From assembly GCA_964016885.1 (NCBI GenBank), contig OZ024750.1, positions 54,560,001-54,624,000 of the forward strand: a stretch of DNA of 64,000 nucleotides. Reading direction: 5' to 3'. Position numbers and translations under genes: made by a program. Positions 37,072 through 51,017 of the stretch are shown in pieces (the first letter of the stretch is position 1; every line of letters begins with the position of its first letter). The DNA comes from Eledone cirrhosa. Lineage: Eukaryota. The notes under the pieces are model-generated. The model saw only the letters and a program-made list of their open reading frames with translations, was not told the origin of the DNA and searched no databases.

Positions 37072-39059
37072 CAGTGGTTACCAAACTTTTTTTATTCACC
37101 ACACATTTTTGATAAAGTAAAAATATGCTGCAACACTTTGTACACACAAACGAATTCTTGTTATTAAGAGTTGACAGATTGTGTTATTTTTCACATATTT
37201 TGTTACTAAGCTTTACTTGTTTGCAACTTTAACAGTTACTAGCAGTAAAGCCCGGCGTTGCTCGGGGTCGCTCAGTAGCTGTGTTAAAGTTACAATGTTA
37301 AGTTTCTTTCTTGGCTTAAAAACTGTAGTGTCTACTGTGCAGACTTGCATGTGGTGTTTTTGATTAATATTCCCTCAACCAACAATATGCCTTATGAAGT
37401 TAAGAAAACATAACGATAACCCGAATGTTATAACAAAAGAGGATGCTGGGGATAGAAACTGCACTGGTTATTTATTAACAAAGATCGAAAATGTAAACAC
37501 TGCAACGCAGAGAAAAACATTAGCGTAACCAAATTATCAGTTATGTCTGTCTGCACGCCTATATCACCTCTCTGCACGACTGTCTGTCTGCACGCCTATA
37601 TCACCTCTCTGCACGACTGTCTGTCTGCACGCCTATATCACCTCTCTGCACGACTGTCTGTCTGCACGACTGTCTGTCTGCACGCCTAATGACGAAATAT
37701 TTGCTTGTTTTACGTAGTCTTTAAATAGACTTGTTTTCAAGTAAAAATATTGTTTTAAAATGCTTTTAAATGGAAATGAAGCAAAACGGAAGCTTAGTGT
37801 TCGAACTGATGAATTTTGCAGGTCAATATTTTGCTGGCTCGACAACTGTTCGTATCCGCGTAATTTTTTACGTAAGACGCTCAATGTAAACAGAACAAAG
37901 GGAAATAATTGATAACTTACGCTCAAAAATCGATACATTATATTCGATTTCGTCAGATAGGGCGGGTCAATTTGAAATATTTTTTTTCCGATGTCTTCGC
38001 TAGGGCTCAATCTATATATATAAAACTGAGGTTGTCTGTCTGTCTATCGATTTTTGGCACACATCTCCTCTTAGTTACAATGTTAAGTTTCTTTCTTGGC
38101 TTAAAAACTGTAGTGTCTACTGTGCAGACTTGCATGTGGTGTTTTTTATTAATATTCCCTCAACCAACAATATGCCTTATGAAGTTAAGAAAACATAACG
38201 ATAACCCGAATGTTATAACAAAAGAGGATGCTGGGGATAGAAACTGCACTGGTTATTTATTAACAAAGATCGAAAATGTAAACACTGCAACGCAGAGAAA
38301 AACATTAGCGTAACCAAATTATCAGTTATGTCTGTCTGCACGCCTATATCACCTCTCTGCACGACTGTCTGTCTGCACGCCTATATCACCTCACTGCACG
38401 ACTGTCTGTCTGCACGCGTATATCACCTCTCTGCACGACTGTCTGTCTGCACGACTGTCTGTCTGCACGCGTATATCACCTCTCTGCACGACTGTCTGTC
38501 TGCACGCCTTACGAAATTTACAGATACATATATTTTAAATAAACTTATATAATTTTTGCTTTTTTTTACGAAATATTTGCTTGTTTTACGTAGTCTTTAA
38601 ATAGACTTGTTTTCAAGTAAAAATATTGTTTTAAAAGGCTTTTAACTGTTCGTGTATTGTGTTAATGTCATTTTAAACGCTGAGAAAGCCAGCGTAATTT
38701 TTTTCATTTTTGCACGCAGACGCTCAATGTAAACAGAACAAAGGGAAATAACTGATCACTTACGCTCAAAAATCGATACATTATATTCGATTTCGTCACA
38801 TAGGGCGGGTCAATTTGAAATATTTTTTTTCCGATGTCTTCGCTAGGGCTCAATGTACAAGTATATCAATTTCGGTGCAATTCCATGAGAGATTCTAAGA
38901 GGAGATGTGTGCCAAAAATCGATAGACAGACAGACAACCACAGTTTTATATATATAGATATATGAATTTTTGTACAATTTGTATTTTGTATTTTTCACAT
39001 CTTAAAACATCTTAAAACTTAATCTTAGTCTTTTGCGGGACACGGTTTGGGAACCACTG
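37072..39059. mobile_element. hAT (Charlie-like) MITE containing a Helitron
   Basis: TIRs CAGTGGTTACCAAAC / GTTTGGGAACCACTG; 8-bp TSD TTCTAAGG / TTTTAAGG. Confidence 0.8.
37239..38958 (-). mobile_element. Non-autonomous Helitron with internal duplication and 37-bp minisatellite
   Basis: Minus strand starts TCTATATATATAAAAC and ends CCCGAGCAACGCCGGG hairpin...CTAG, inserted between A and T; about 37289-38010 is repeated at about 38073-38853. Confidence 0.8.
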
Positions 39060-41374
39060 TTTTAAGGTATGTGAAGTGATGTCGTTTTCAATCCTTATCT
39101 TGTTTCAGTGGAAGCTGCTAATCTTTTAACAATAGGCCCTGGCGTGGCTTCTTAAATGTTCAGCTATGCTGTATTCATGGTTCCAATATATTGTATATGT
39201 TAAACCATTTAGATACAAAACTGCCTGAAACTGCCCATGGTTTTGTGATACAAAACTATTTACATCAAAGTGTTCCTTGCACCATAATTTTATATAAGAA
39301 CATTTGTTAAGTTTTGTTCCAAATACCAGTTAAATAATGAGAAAGTTGGTAATATTACTAAATCCCTCTGAATTCTTGATAATTTCAAAATTATTTGCAA
39401 ATTATTGGCTATGTCTTTCATTAGAAATATGGTAATGACAGGGTTAATGACATGGTAGTGAAATGGTTAATATATTTGGGTCTGACAATATGTGATATTA
39501 CATGAGCTTAAAACATATTGACCTCTTTGGTAGGTATATTGATTTTAGTGACTGCAGCTTGACCAAATGGTTAAGATGTACACTTCACAATCATTGGATC
39601 CTGGGTTCAATCTTACAACATGACATCTTGGGCAAGTGTCATTTACCATAACCTCAGGTCGACCCCAGCTTTGTGTGTAAATTTGAGTTGATAGAAATTG
39701 TTTGAAAGCCAGTTTGATGGACTGTAGGTGTAATTCAAAGGGTCAGCTTTGTTACACATTGTGTCATGCTAAATTTCCTTGACAATTACATTAAGGGTAC
39801 ACATATCTGTTGAAAATTTAGTCACTCACAGGTTAATGTCATGATTGAACTACTGTAACACTCATCGTTGCCATTGATGGAGATTCATTTCTTTTTTTTT
39901 TTTTCCATTTATGGTCTAAATTATTCATTCCAGTATAACAGGGGTCTCTGTCAGTTTCAACAGTGAGTTTTCTGTTATTCAATAAAATTAACTACCAGCC
40001 CATTAAATTAACACCTAAGTGGTTGAGTATTCAAGACACTTGTAATAATCAATGCAATTCTTAAGCAGAATCGGAATGACATAGTATTTAACAATAGTGG
40101 ACATTCGAATTAATTACAATAGATCCAATGGGTTTCCAAATTTTTCTCTCTCTTCTTGCTCAATTGGATGGGTCATCCTAAGCCAGCAATCCTTGAGACA
40201 TCCACAAAGTTTCCTGCCTTTGTTGACCTCAAAGCAGCTTTCAACACAATTGACCACATATCCCTCTGGGCTTCCAAATAATTTCTGTTTAACCAATTTC
40301 ACTCACAAGGTTTGGGTCAACTCAAGTCTAAAAAGAAAAACACTTGCCCAAGATACCACACACTGGGATTGAACCTTGGACCTTGTCATTATGAAGTAAA
40401 CCTCTTAAATATCTTAAATAAACCTCTTAAATATCTCAAGTAAACCTCTTAATTATCTTAAATTAATAGTTTGCATAAGAGAAACACTATAGTTTATGTT
40501 GATTACAAACAGGCACAAGTGCATTCATATATACACACATACATATATACACACATCCACACATGCGCATTCACCTACCTGCAAATGCAAATGCACATAC
40601 ATATACATATATAACTACACACATGCACATCCATACGCAGTCATACATGCACACACACAGAGGCCCATTCATGTCCCTATAAGGTGAGGGGGAAATTGTT
40701 TGCGCCCATGCTCCTTCATAGGCCCATGCATGTTCTAATGAGGAAGGGGGTAGGATTGTCTGCACACATGTACATACTACAGTCATATACACACACGCCC
40801 AACCCTTGCTACCAGGGAAAGCAGTTGTTAAATGGTGATGATGTGTGTTTCTCGGGTGTTTTAATAATAGTGGTACTGTTGTGAAAATCAATGTGAAATA
40901 AAATGTTTTGCTCAAGAACACATCTTCACTGCTGTTATCATCAATGCAACTGTTCTTATGATATCTATATAATCCACGCTACCTATTTTTAAACCCCTCT
41001 ATTTTGCCTGATCTTATTTGTTCCTATATACTATTTTATTTAACCATCTGCTCCTTTACTTCTATATCACCCACTTTTTACTGTTAACTCTTCACTTAAA
41101 AATACTCTTTCAAGACCATTATGCACCTTCCCCAACGCTACATCTACCCACTAACCATCCCTACCTCCACCACCACTACTTCCTTCTTCTGACCCCTTGC
41201 CTGTCCAGATATACTTACCACTGTCTGCCCCCCCCCCCTCACACTTCCTCCATCTGACCAGTTTACTACTTTGATGAACTCAACCAAAGCACTACCAAGA
41301 CCAGTGACCTATTTTTTCATACCCTACAAATATTAATACATCCATGAAAAGGCTTGCTGAACACACTACCCGAA

Positions 41375-41504
<130 letters not shown>

Positions 41505-42269
41505 GAATGGACGTGGTAAAAACCATTACTCACCAGAGTACTCGATACTTGGGGTAGCAGAGTGGGTAATATGAAAAATTCAGATCCCGACAACTGAGTT
41601 TGGATCTAGCTGTTGAAACGGCTGGAGCTCAGCCATCCCAAATTTTATATATATATATATATATATTTATGCATTTGTGTGTGTTTATATGTATCTATAT
41701 TTATAGGATAGTGGGAGTCTAATGACTGAAGCCAGTAAAAGAGTAAAGCATCACACTCATCACCACAGCCCTCTTCTCTTTGGCAATACATCAAATGGAA
41801 GGAATACAAGACTTTTCAAAAATCAGCTGATCTCTGCACTGTTATCTTTTTACTATGGCAAGGATTCTGGGGAGGTAATCTTTGCAAATGTGTTTTTGTG
41901 TGTAAATAATACCAGTAAAGTGGTGGGAATGGTTGCTGTTTGTGGGGTGGAGAGGGGTATGGTTGGGGCACTGATGTTGTTGGTGTTGTTAGTGGTGGTG
42001 TTTGAGTTGGAGGGGAGACATTGGTGGTGGTGGTAGTGGTGGGTTTCTGTTTTCTGCTGGGATAGAGACTAGTTGCTAAGGGGAAAAACTAGTTGTTGCT
42101 ATGGAGAATGGATTTGCTTATATTTTTCAGATTTATTTTTGTGTGTTCTGTTAACATTTCCCAAGAAGTTTTTTTTTTCTAGTTACATGTAAAACATGGC
42201 AAACTACCTGTTTGTATAACACACACACACACGTGAGTGTGTGTGTGTGTATATATGTATATATATATA

Positions 42270-45200
42270 TATCACCTCCCGCTGCAAGACGAGAATACAA
42301 GAACCCCTCTTTATTTCAGACTTGGATGACCAACAAAATTCCGTCTCCCACACCCCTCCCAGGCCCTCCAACCCATCAAGCCCACCCTCCCTACTTCAGA
42401 GTTGGTACCATGAATGTAGGCACATTGAAAGGTCGCTCAAATGAGGTTGTAGAGATGCTTGAACATAAAGAAGTTGATGTTTGTTGTATTCAAGAGACTA
42501 GGTGGAGAGGTGGGTCTGCCAGATTCATCGTGGGTAAAAAACGATGCTATAAACTTTTCTGGGTGGGAAATGACAACAGACTGGGTGGTGTAGGAATTAT
42601 GTTAGCTGAAAAATGGGTAGATAAGGTAATTGATGTAAATAGAGTGAATGAGAGAATAATTAAATTAAGATTAATTCTAAATAGAACTACTGTGACAATA
42701 ATATCCACTTATCTGGTCTACCTGACGTTATAAAGGACAGGTTCTATGAGACGCTAATGCACACTACCTCCCCAAATAACCGACAACGACTACTTAATTA
42801 TTGCTGGCGATCTAAACAGTCACGTTGGACAACATAGTGATGGCTATGATGGAATCCATGGAGGCTATGGGGTTGGAAATAGAAATGAGGAGGATTTCAG
42901 AATCCTGGAATTCTGTGACGCAAGAAGCCTAACTATCTGTAACACAAACTTCAAAAAACGTGAAAATCACTTGATCACCTATAGATCAGGGGAACGCGCC
43001 AGCCAGATAGATTATATCCTTACTAGAAGACGGGACAATGCACTTCCCTACTAGTTAGTGACCTCATAGTCAGAAATAGACGTACTCGACAACAGAGGAG
43101 GCCTACCTTGAGGAGAAGAATATGGAAGTTGAAGGAACCCATAGCCAGTGACAAATTAAAAAACTTATTACTTGATGCCTTTGACAATAAGGAAGAGCAA
43201 TTAGAGACGTGCGATATAGAGGAACAGTGGCAATTTTTGAAAGTGAACCTGCTGAAAGCAATGGATGAAATCTGTGGCTGGAGCAGACCTATTGGCAGGA
43301 GGAGAGTAACTTGGTGGGGGAACAGAAAGGTAGAAGAGACAATCAAGGCCAAAAAGCAGGCTTGGGAAGTAGAGAACACTATCAAGTGGCCTGGAGAGAA
43401 GCTAGGAGGCAAGTGTACCTTGCAAAAAGGGTAGCAGAGGATAGAAAGTTCAAGCATGCTCTACAATGTGAGGGTTCAGGATTGCTAGACAATGTGTCAA
43501 GGAAAACCGTGATATTGTCGGGGAGAAGTGTGTCCATAATGATAACAGTGTACTTGCCCTCACTGATACTGATAAGAAGATAGCCTGGAAGGGTCACTAC
43601 GAGAGACTATTAAATGAAGAGAATAAATGGGAAAAAGATAGTCTACCCCAAATCGATCCAATAGAAGGACCAGCGGTGCAAGTTAATGGTAGTATAAGTA
43701 AGGCAATCAAAGATATGAAGACAAGCAAGGCAGCTAGACCTTCGGAGATAATTGCTGAGATGTTGAAGGCATCTGGAATGGTGGGCCATACTATGGTCAC
43801 CCGTATAGTTAACCGAGTAATACAGAATGGGGTCATACCAAAAGACTGGCGTAGCAGCATCATCATTAACTGCTACAAGGGTAAAGGGGATGCTCTAGAT
43901 AGGGGAAACTATAGAGGCTTTAAGTTAGTTGACCAGGTCATGAAGGTCACAGAAAGAGTTATTGCGCAACTAATCAGAAAGAGAATTGATCTAGATGAAA
44001 TGCAGTTTGGGTTTGTGTCAGGTAAAAGTACCACAGACGCTCTTTTCCTTGTACGACAACTACAAGAGAAGTACCTAGCTAAAAGTAAACCCCTCTACTT
44101 AGCTTTTGTAGACCTGGAGAAAGCCTTTGACAGAGTCCCCCGTTCCATTATCTGGTGGGCTCTTAGAAAACTAGGTGTAGATGAATGGCTTGTGAGAGCT
44201 ATACAAGCTATATATAATGAAACAGACAGTAAGGTTAGAATTAACAATGAATATTGTGAAGAATTTAGTGTAAAAGTTGGTGTACACCAAGGCTCTGTCC
44301 TTAGCCCCCTCCTATCTATTATTGCCCTTCAGGCTATAACAGAGGAGTTCAAGACCGGCTGCCCATGGGAACTCCTATACGCAGATGATCTAATGCTCAT
44401 AGCTGAATCAATGGCTGAACTAGAGAAGAAATTTGAAACATGAAAGCATGGCCTAGAATCAAAAGGCCTTAAAGTTAACTTGTCTAAGACTAAAGTTCTA
44501 GTTTGTAGAAAGGAAAATAGGGCACAGGTGCCCTCAGGGAAATGGCCATGCTCAGTGTGTAGGAAAAGAGTAGGCAGAAATTCCATTTTATGTCCCAAAT
44601 ACAAGGTATGGGTACATAAAAGATGTAGTGGGATCACAGGTAAACTATCTAAGAACATAGACTTTATATGTGGCCAATGCTCAGGTGCAATAAGTAGCAA
44701 CTGTCCACAGGATACTAGCTCCTTCTATTGCCCAGATGGTTCTATAGAAATAGTAGACATTTTCCGTTACCTGCGTGACGAAACCAGCAGTGGTGGAGGG
44801 TGTTCTGAAAGTACAGTAGCCAGAGTCAGAACGGGAGGGAAAAAGTTCAGAGAGCTTATACTGCTGTTGGCCACAAAAGGTTTCTCTCTAAAAATGAAAG
44901 GCAGATTGTATGATGCCGGTATACGAACAGCAATGCTACATGGCAGTGAGACATGGGCATTACGTGCAGAAGACCTGCGCAGACTGGAAAAGAACGAAGC
45001 ACGCATGCTCCGTTGGATGTGTAATAGTAATATACGTGAACGGCAAAGCATAAATGAACTAAGTGAGAAATTAGGAATAAGAGGGATAAGATGCTGTTTA
45101 CTTGAGAGAAGACTACGTTGGCATGGTCACGTGATGCGCATGAAAGATGACAGCTGCATAAAAAAGGGCAGGGCGATCAAAATTGATGGTAGTTACGGAG

Positions 45201-46195
45201 TAGGTAGACCCAGAAAAACCTGGGACGATCTGATAAATTCCGACCTTACACACTTGCACCTCTCTAAGACAATGTCACTGGACCGAGATCTTTGGTGCTA
45301 TACAGTAATACAGAAGACCCGCCTTAATTATGTACAAAGCGAAACCTACAGTCAGTAGGCACCTCTTAACCAAATATACACCCCAATCCACTACCATACC
45401 CTATCCTCCTACTCCCACCAACATCATCATCATCATCATCACCGTTTTACGTCCGTTCTTCCACGCTAGCATGGGTTAGACGGGTTGTCCTGTTGTGGGC
45501 AGTGTCTGGTCGGCTGACCATGCCTTGCTCATACAGGAACTGATCTGGCTTGATTTCTACAGCTGGATGCCCTTCCTAACACCAACCTCATTTACAGTGA
45601 GTGCTGGGTGCTTTTTCGTGGCGCCTACACGTCCACTTTACAGTGTGGGCTGGGTGCTTTTTTTGCGGTGGGGGGAGTGGGGGCATATTGTTTATATGCT
45701 TCAGCATGTACCCATGGGAGGTCGAGTACCCTGTATTACTGCGTGACGCCAGAAGTCACGGTCGTGTGTCATTGTCTTTGAGAGGTGTAGTTGGGTAAGG
45801 TCGGCTTTTATCACCTCATCCCAAGTCATCTTGGGTCTCCCCACTCCGCGGTTTCCATCAACTTCTAGTGCTCTGCACCTTTTTATGCAGCTGTCATCCT
45901 TCAACACCACGAGATAATGAGATCGAGATCGTGTAGGTGTCACAACAAAAAAACACACGGTCCACGCTGTAATGTGGCCGTGTAGGTAACATGGTAAAAA
46001 GTTCCCAGTTCCACATTGTAAATGTGGTTAGTGTTAGGAAGGGCATCCAGCCGTAGAAAACCTTCCAGATTGTCCTATATGAGTGAGACACGGTCACCCG
46101 ACCAACCTTGCCTCAAGTGGGACAACTCCCGTCTAACCCATGCTGGCGTGGAAGGTGGACGTTAAATGATGATGATGATGATGATGATGATGATA
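42270..46195 (+). mobile_element. Near full-length decayed RTE LINE; 3' UTR interrupted by an inverted RTE-B fragment (45423-45903)
   Basis: APE 42400-43080, RT 43676-44443 (YADD), PHD-like finger about 44549-44680, RLRWHGHV; tail resumes at about 45925-46195. Confidence 0.9.
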
Positions 46196-46267
46196 TATAT
46201 ATATATATATATACGAGACTATTGAAGTTTGCTTGAAGCATTGTGGAATTATAAGGTATATTTCTTT

Positions 46268-46542
46268 AAGTCGTTTGGAAGCCTCGACAATGCAGATGGG
46301 TAAATCTCCGCGTAACAAGATCCGGTGGTGGAGAGAGAGATGTGAGTGTACGTTGAGATGTGTGGCGTGTAGAAGAATGTAGGAAAGAGCGTAAAGGATA
46401 AAAATCCTTTAAGCTCTTTCCTACATTCTTCTACACACCACACATCTCAACGTACACTCACTTATATCTCTCTCTCTCCATCACCGGATCTTGTTACCCG
46501 GAGATTTACCCATCTGCATTGTCGAGGCTTCCAAACGACTTT
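46268..46542. repeat. ~135-bp-arm fold-back palindrome
   Basis: AAGTCGTTTGGAAGCC...AAAGGAT | AAA | ATCCTTT...GGCTTCCAAACGACTT. Confidence 0.92.
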
Positions 46543-46587
46543 AAAAAATATATATATATACATATATCATCATCATCATTGTATATT

Positions 46588-47320
46588 TATTGTTATATTT
46601 TGGGAGGGTCATGCTGCAAATAAAAACACACGCACCTGCTGGATTTAACTTCAATTTATTATAAATTTCGAGTTGGTTAGTTTAAAAACTGGATGGTTAT
46701 TTATTTATTGTCAAAGCTGTTTCATCACACATTCTGTGACCTCCTCAGTGGCTCATTTCTTATTTTGTGTCTCTCCTTTGTTCTGTCCTACACCATCTTA
46801 TTTTTGTGTGCTGTGTACTTGGGTTGCACATACATTATATCCAGGTGTGTGTGTGTGTTCTTATTTATTTACTTGTCACTAGTTGGTTGCTTGTTCTATC
46901 TGTGTCTGGGTTTTTTTATTAGTTTGGTTCTTATGTGTCTCTATATGTCTTTATCTTGTCCTTAGTTATTAGTTGTGATGTTGCTATTCCACTAATGTTT
47001 TCTGTTGAATTTTGGTTGGAATTTGTTTATGTTTGTCGCTTCTGTCATCTGTTGGAGCATTGCATCTATTCTGTGTTTGGATGTAATTTTTATCTCTGTG
47101 TTCTCTAATGTGCCCTTATGTTCCATTTTGTTATGTTGGTGAAGTACTAATGAGTTTTTCCTATCTTCTCGCTAGTGTTCATTTATCCTTTCTCCTATGC
47201 TGTCTCGTCTATGTAAAACTATCTTGATATTTAATTTTAGAACCCTTCTAAATCTATAAGTTAGTTTGCCTGCATGTTGTGCTGATAAATATTACACTCT
47301 GGTATTTATTGCTCATACTA
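46588..47320 (-). mobile_element. Old PLE 3' fragment related to 14033-19340
   Basis: Similar pLTR and GIY-YIG remnants; decayed HHR CUGAGGA ggucaca...ugugau GAAA at about 46710-46753. Confidence 0.75.
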
Positions 47321-47400
47321 CAGTATATCCCTTCCATATACTATACCGATTGTGTTTTGTTATTTCTGTTTACCTTTTACATACATACATATATATATAT

Positions 47401-47742
47401 ATCATCATCATCATCATTTCATTTTATGTCCACTTTTCCCTGCTTGCAAGGGTGGGACGGGAACTGATTCTGGCTTGATTTCTACAGCTGGATGCCCTTC
47501 CTAACACCAACCTCATTTACAGTGAGCGCTGGGTGCTTTTTTTGCCGTGGCACCTCCACGACCACTTTGCAGTGGAATGATAGGGACCCCAGTCCCTATC
47601 ATCTCATTTCTACAGCTGAGTAAACTGGAGCAATGTGAAATAAAGTGTCTTGCTCAAGGAAACAACACATCACCCGGTCTGAGAATTGAACTCACAACCT
47701 TTCGATTGCAAGGCCAATGCTCTAACCACTAAGCCATGTGCC
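47401..47742 (-). mobile_element. tRNA-head CORE-type SINE with RTE-derived tail
   Basis: TGGCTTAGTGG A box, GAGTTCAATTC B box, TCCTTGAGCAAGACACTT core, tail GGAAGGGCATCCAGCTGTAGAAA...(GAT)n; near-identical copies at about 55395-55715 (+) and 61258-61595 (+). Confidence 0.85.
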
Positions 47743-47834
<92 letters not shown>

Positions 47835-48021
47835 AATACACACAATGCATTAACAGAGAAAGCTTTAAGCTATACTCTGACTGGCTACCAACTCACTCAA
47901 CAAACATTAGGATATACCTTAGTATAATCCCAATTTTACGTTTGGGGTGCTAACTATATGTATTTTGCGGAAAGCCAGTTGTATTATTTTATATGAGACA
48001 TAATTAAAATATATCTCCCTT

Positions 48022-48142
48022 TCCAAACAATTGTTTCATTATAAGTTTTCTACAAGTTGGGAGAATGTGTCCGGGTTATGTAGAAGCCTGCAGACATTCC
48101 GTAGGAATATATGCAGGTGGGCACTTATAAATCATCAGTGGA
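48022..48142 (-). ncRNA. Type I hammerhead motif with a large branched stem II
   Basis: ucca CUGAUGA u uuauaagu [two sub-hairpins] acuuauaa u GAAA caauug UU ugga; lies within a ~540-nt non-coding insert (about 47840-48380). Confidence 0.72.
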
Positions 48143-48378
48143 TGCCCGTCAAACATTGATATAAAAAAACTCACTTACCGATGTTTTTAATCCCATGTCA
48201 GCGATGGTCTCCCTCCGCATCAGAATGACCGCCAAATTTGAAATTCCAGCAGTCTCAGAATGAGGAATCTCACAGCGTCATGAAGCGAGAAGGGGAGGTC
48301 ATCGCGAAACACAAGAAAGTAAAATAATAATTTACACGCGGGTCAATTAATTTTTTCAACAATTTTTAACCCTGCGTG

Positions 48379-48426
<48 letters not shown>

Positions 48427-48430
<4 letters not shown>

Positions 48431-50440
48431 CATCATCATTTGACGTCCACTTTTCCCTGCTTGTAAGGGTGGGGCGAATCCTATTCAGCACAGCTGAGGT
48501 CTGCTCTCACCACCTCCACCCATGTTTTACGTGGTCTACCTCTACTGCATCTTCCTTCTGCTGGGATTTCTTGGCACTTCTTTATTCACCGGTCCTCCTG
48601 CACACCACAACTTATCCCTCTTATACCCAGTTTTTCTCTCAACTCATCTATGCTTGGTCATTCACGCAAATTGACATTGCACATCCATCGGAGCATGCTT
48701 ACTTCATTTCTCTCCAGAGTTGCTGCCCATGTCTCACTACCATATAGCAACGCACAGCTCACACAGGCATCATATAACCAGCCTTTTGTTCATAGGGAGA
48801 AACCCTTCTTTGTCAACAGAGGAAGCAGCTCCGTAAACTTCTTCCAACCCGTCCTTATTCTAGATACTATGGCCTCAGAACACCCTCCTCCCATGCTAAT
48901 CTGATCACCTAGGTACCGGAAGCTATCAATCACATCTGAAGATCCTACTTGCATTTGAAAAATGTGTCTATCAATGTGACTTCTGCTATCAAATTTCCAT
49001 GAACATTTACTGCATATCTAGTTCCCTATCTGTTAGCTTGCCTGCTTACCCACTACATCTCTTGTGTACATTCTATAGAATTTATGTCAGTTCCTTTTCT
49101 ACATATCGAACATGGCCATTTCCCTGATGGAATCAGAGTTTTGTCGTCTTTCCTACTTATCAACACTTTTGTTTTAGCTAGGTTCACTCTCAGTCCTCTT
49201 GATTCCAACTGCTGTTTCCATAGCCAGAATTTATTCTCTAGCCTCTCTACTGATTCTGCTATAAGAACCAGATCGTCAGCATAGAGAAGTTCCCATGGGC
49301 AGCCAGTGTTCAACACCTCTGTTATGGCTTGGAGAACTATAATGAATAAGAGCAGGCTGAGGACCGAACCCTGATGCACTCCTACTTGTATCTGGAATTC
49401 CTTACTAAACTCCATTCCTACTCTCACTTTACTGACAGCTCCTCTGTACAAAGCTTGCACTGTCCTCACAAGCCATTCCTCTACACCTAGTTTCCTTAGG
49501 GACCACCAGATGACAGGTCAACAAAAGCTAGGTATAGTGGCTTATTCTTCTCTAAGAACCTCTCTTGTAGTTGTCTCACTAAGAAGAGGGCATCTGTTGT
49601 ACTTTTCCCAGGCACAAAACCAAACTGCATCTCATCTCATCTCATCTGACCCTTCCCCTAATTAGTTGTGCTAGCATTCTTTCTGTCATCATCATCATCA
49701 TCATCTTCATTTAACGTCCATTTTCCATGCTAGCATGGCTGATCCATCAGTTTTATGCCCCTAAAATTGCTCCTCTCCTGAGCATCCCCTTTACTTTTGT
49801 AGCAATTTATAAGAATATTGCTGCACCAGTCTTTGGGTATGACTCCGCCATATATAGTTTGTTTGACTATGCGTGCAACCAGTTTAGTACCTACTTCTCC
49901 TGATGTCTTCAGCATCTCAACAACTTTCCCTGACGGTCCAGCAGCCTTACCACTTTTTATTTCCCTAATTGCCTCTTTGACCCTATAATCGTCAATCTCA
50001 ATAGCTGGTCCCTCTGTTGGGTCTACTGGAGGTAGTTTTTCTCTCTCCCATTCATTCTCAACATTCATCAGTCTCTCATAATGACATTTCCAGGCCTCCT
50101 TTTTCTGAGCATCAGTGACACTAAGTGCACCAGCATCATTTCGGACACACTTACCTCCAACAACATCCTGATTTACATTGACACACTGCCTTTTAATGTG
50201 GTACACCGCACATCTCTGATCTTCTCATCGCTGAACAACAGCAAATCTCCTACTCTCAGCTTCCCTGTGTGTTAAGCATACCTGACGTCTAGCCTCTTTT
50301 TTAGCAGCTGAGTATGTCGGTCTCTATTCCCACCAATTTTCCAAGCCTTCCATGCTAGTCTCTAATGGCTCTATCTACCATGCTGTTCCACCACCAGGTT
50401 ACTCTCTGTCTGGTTGGAGCTTTGCTTCATCCACAACTCT
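48427..50440 (-). mobile_element. RTE LINE (subfamily C), truncated and decayed
   Basis: KAAGPSG, GVHQGSVLS, YADD, WPCSIC; a short RTE tail is inserted at about 49688-49740. Confidence 0.88.
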
Positions 50441-50535
50441 CTTCAGAGAGAGAGAGTTTACAGTGCTGAACACACAAACCGAAACTGCTTGACATCACAG
50501 TCGGGTTTATTTCTCTCCCTCTCTCCCTCTCTATG

Positions 50536-50569
<34 letters not shown>

Positions 50570-50954
50570 TATACACATATATAAGGGGTACAAAACTGCC
50601 ATGGTGACAAATATATTAAGTAAAGATAATACGGTTCACAGAACTCACTTAAAAAGATGAATTAAGGTATAGAAACCAACTATGATAACTATCAACATCC
50701 AGACAGTTTCAAAGTAGAATTGTTTCGCAATTCAGTAATGAGAAATATTGACCTCTTATTGCTTATCAATGGATGTCCAGATCAATACACTCATCACTAC
50801 TAAAATTCATTAGAATACTAAAAAGCACATGTGTTAAAAGAGGAAAGACACATGCCTATTCCGTACTGGTTTTATATAAGTGTCTTTCTCTCTTTACTGT
50901 ATTATAGAACAGAGCTATGTAATTAGAAAGTGAACAACACAATATATAACTACT

Positions 50955-51017
50955 CCATTACCAAGGTTTCAGGACCCTACACAATATTAACATACATCTA
51001 GTTCGCTCATCAGATAG
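50955..51017 (-). ncRNA. Type I hammerhead motif
   Basis: cuau CUGAUGA ... GAAA cc uu gg UA augg; a second, decayed motif (acaucca UUGAUAA ... GAAA cug UC uggaugu) lies at 50695-50776. Confidence 0.62.

Noticed and set aside
37806-37812. CTGATGA inside the Helitron
   Set aside because: No properly placed GAAA or stems.
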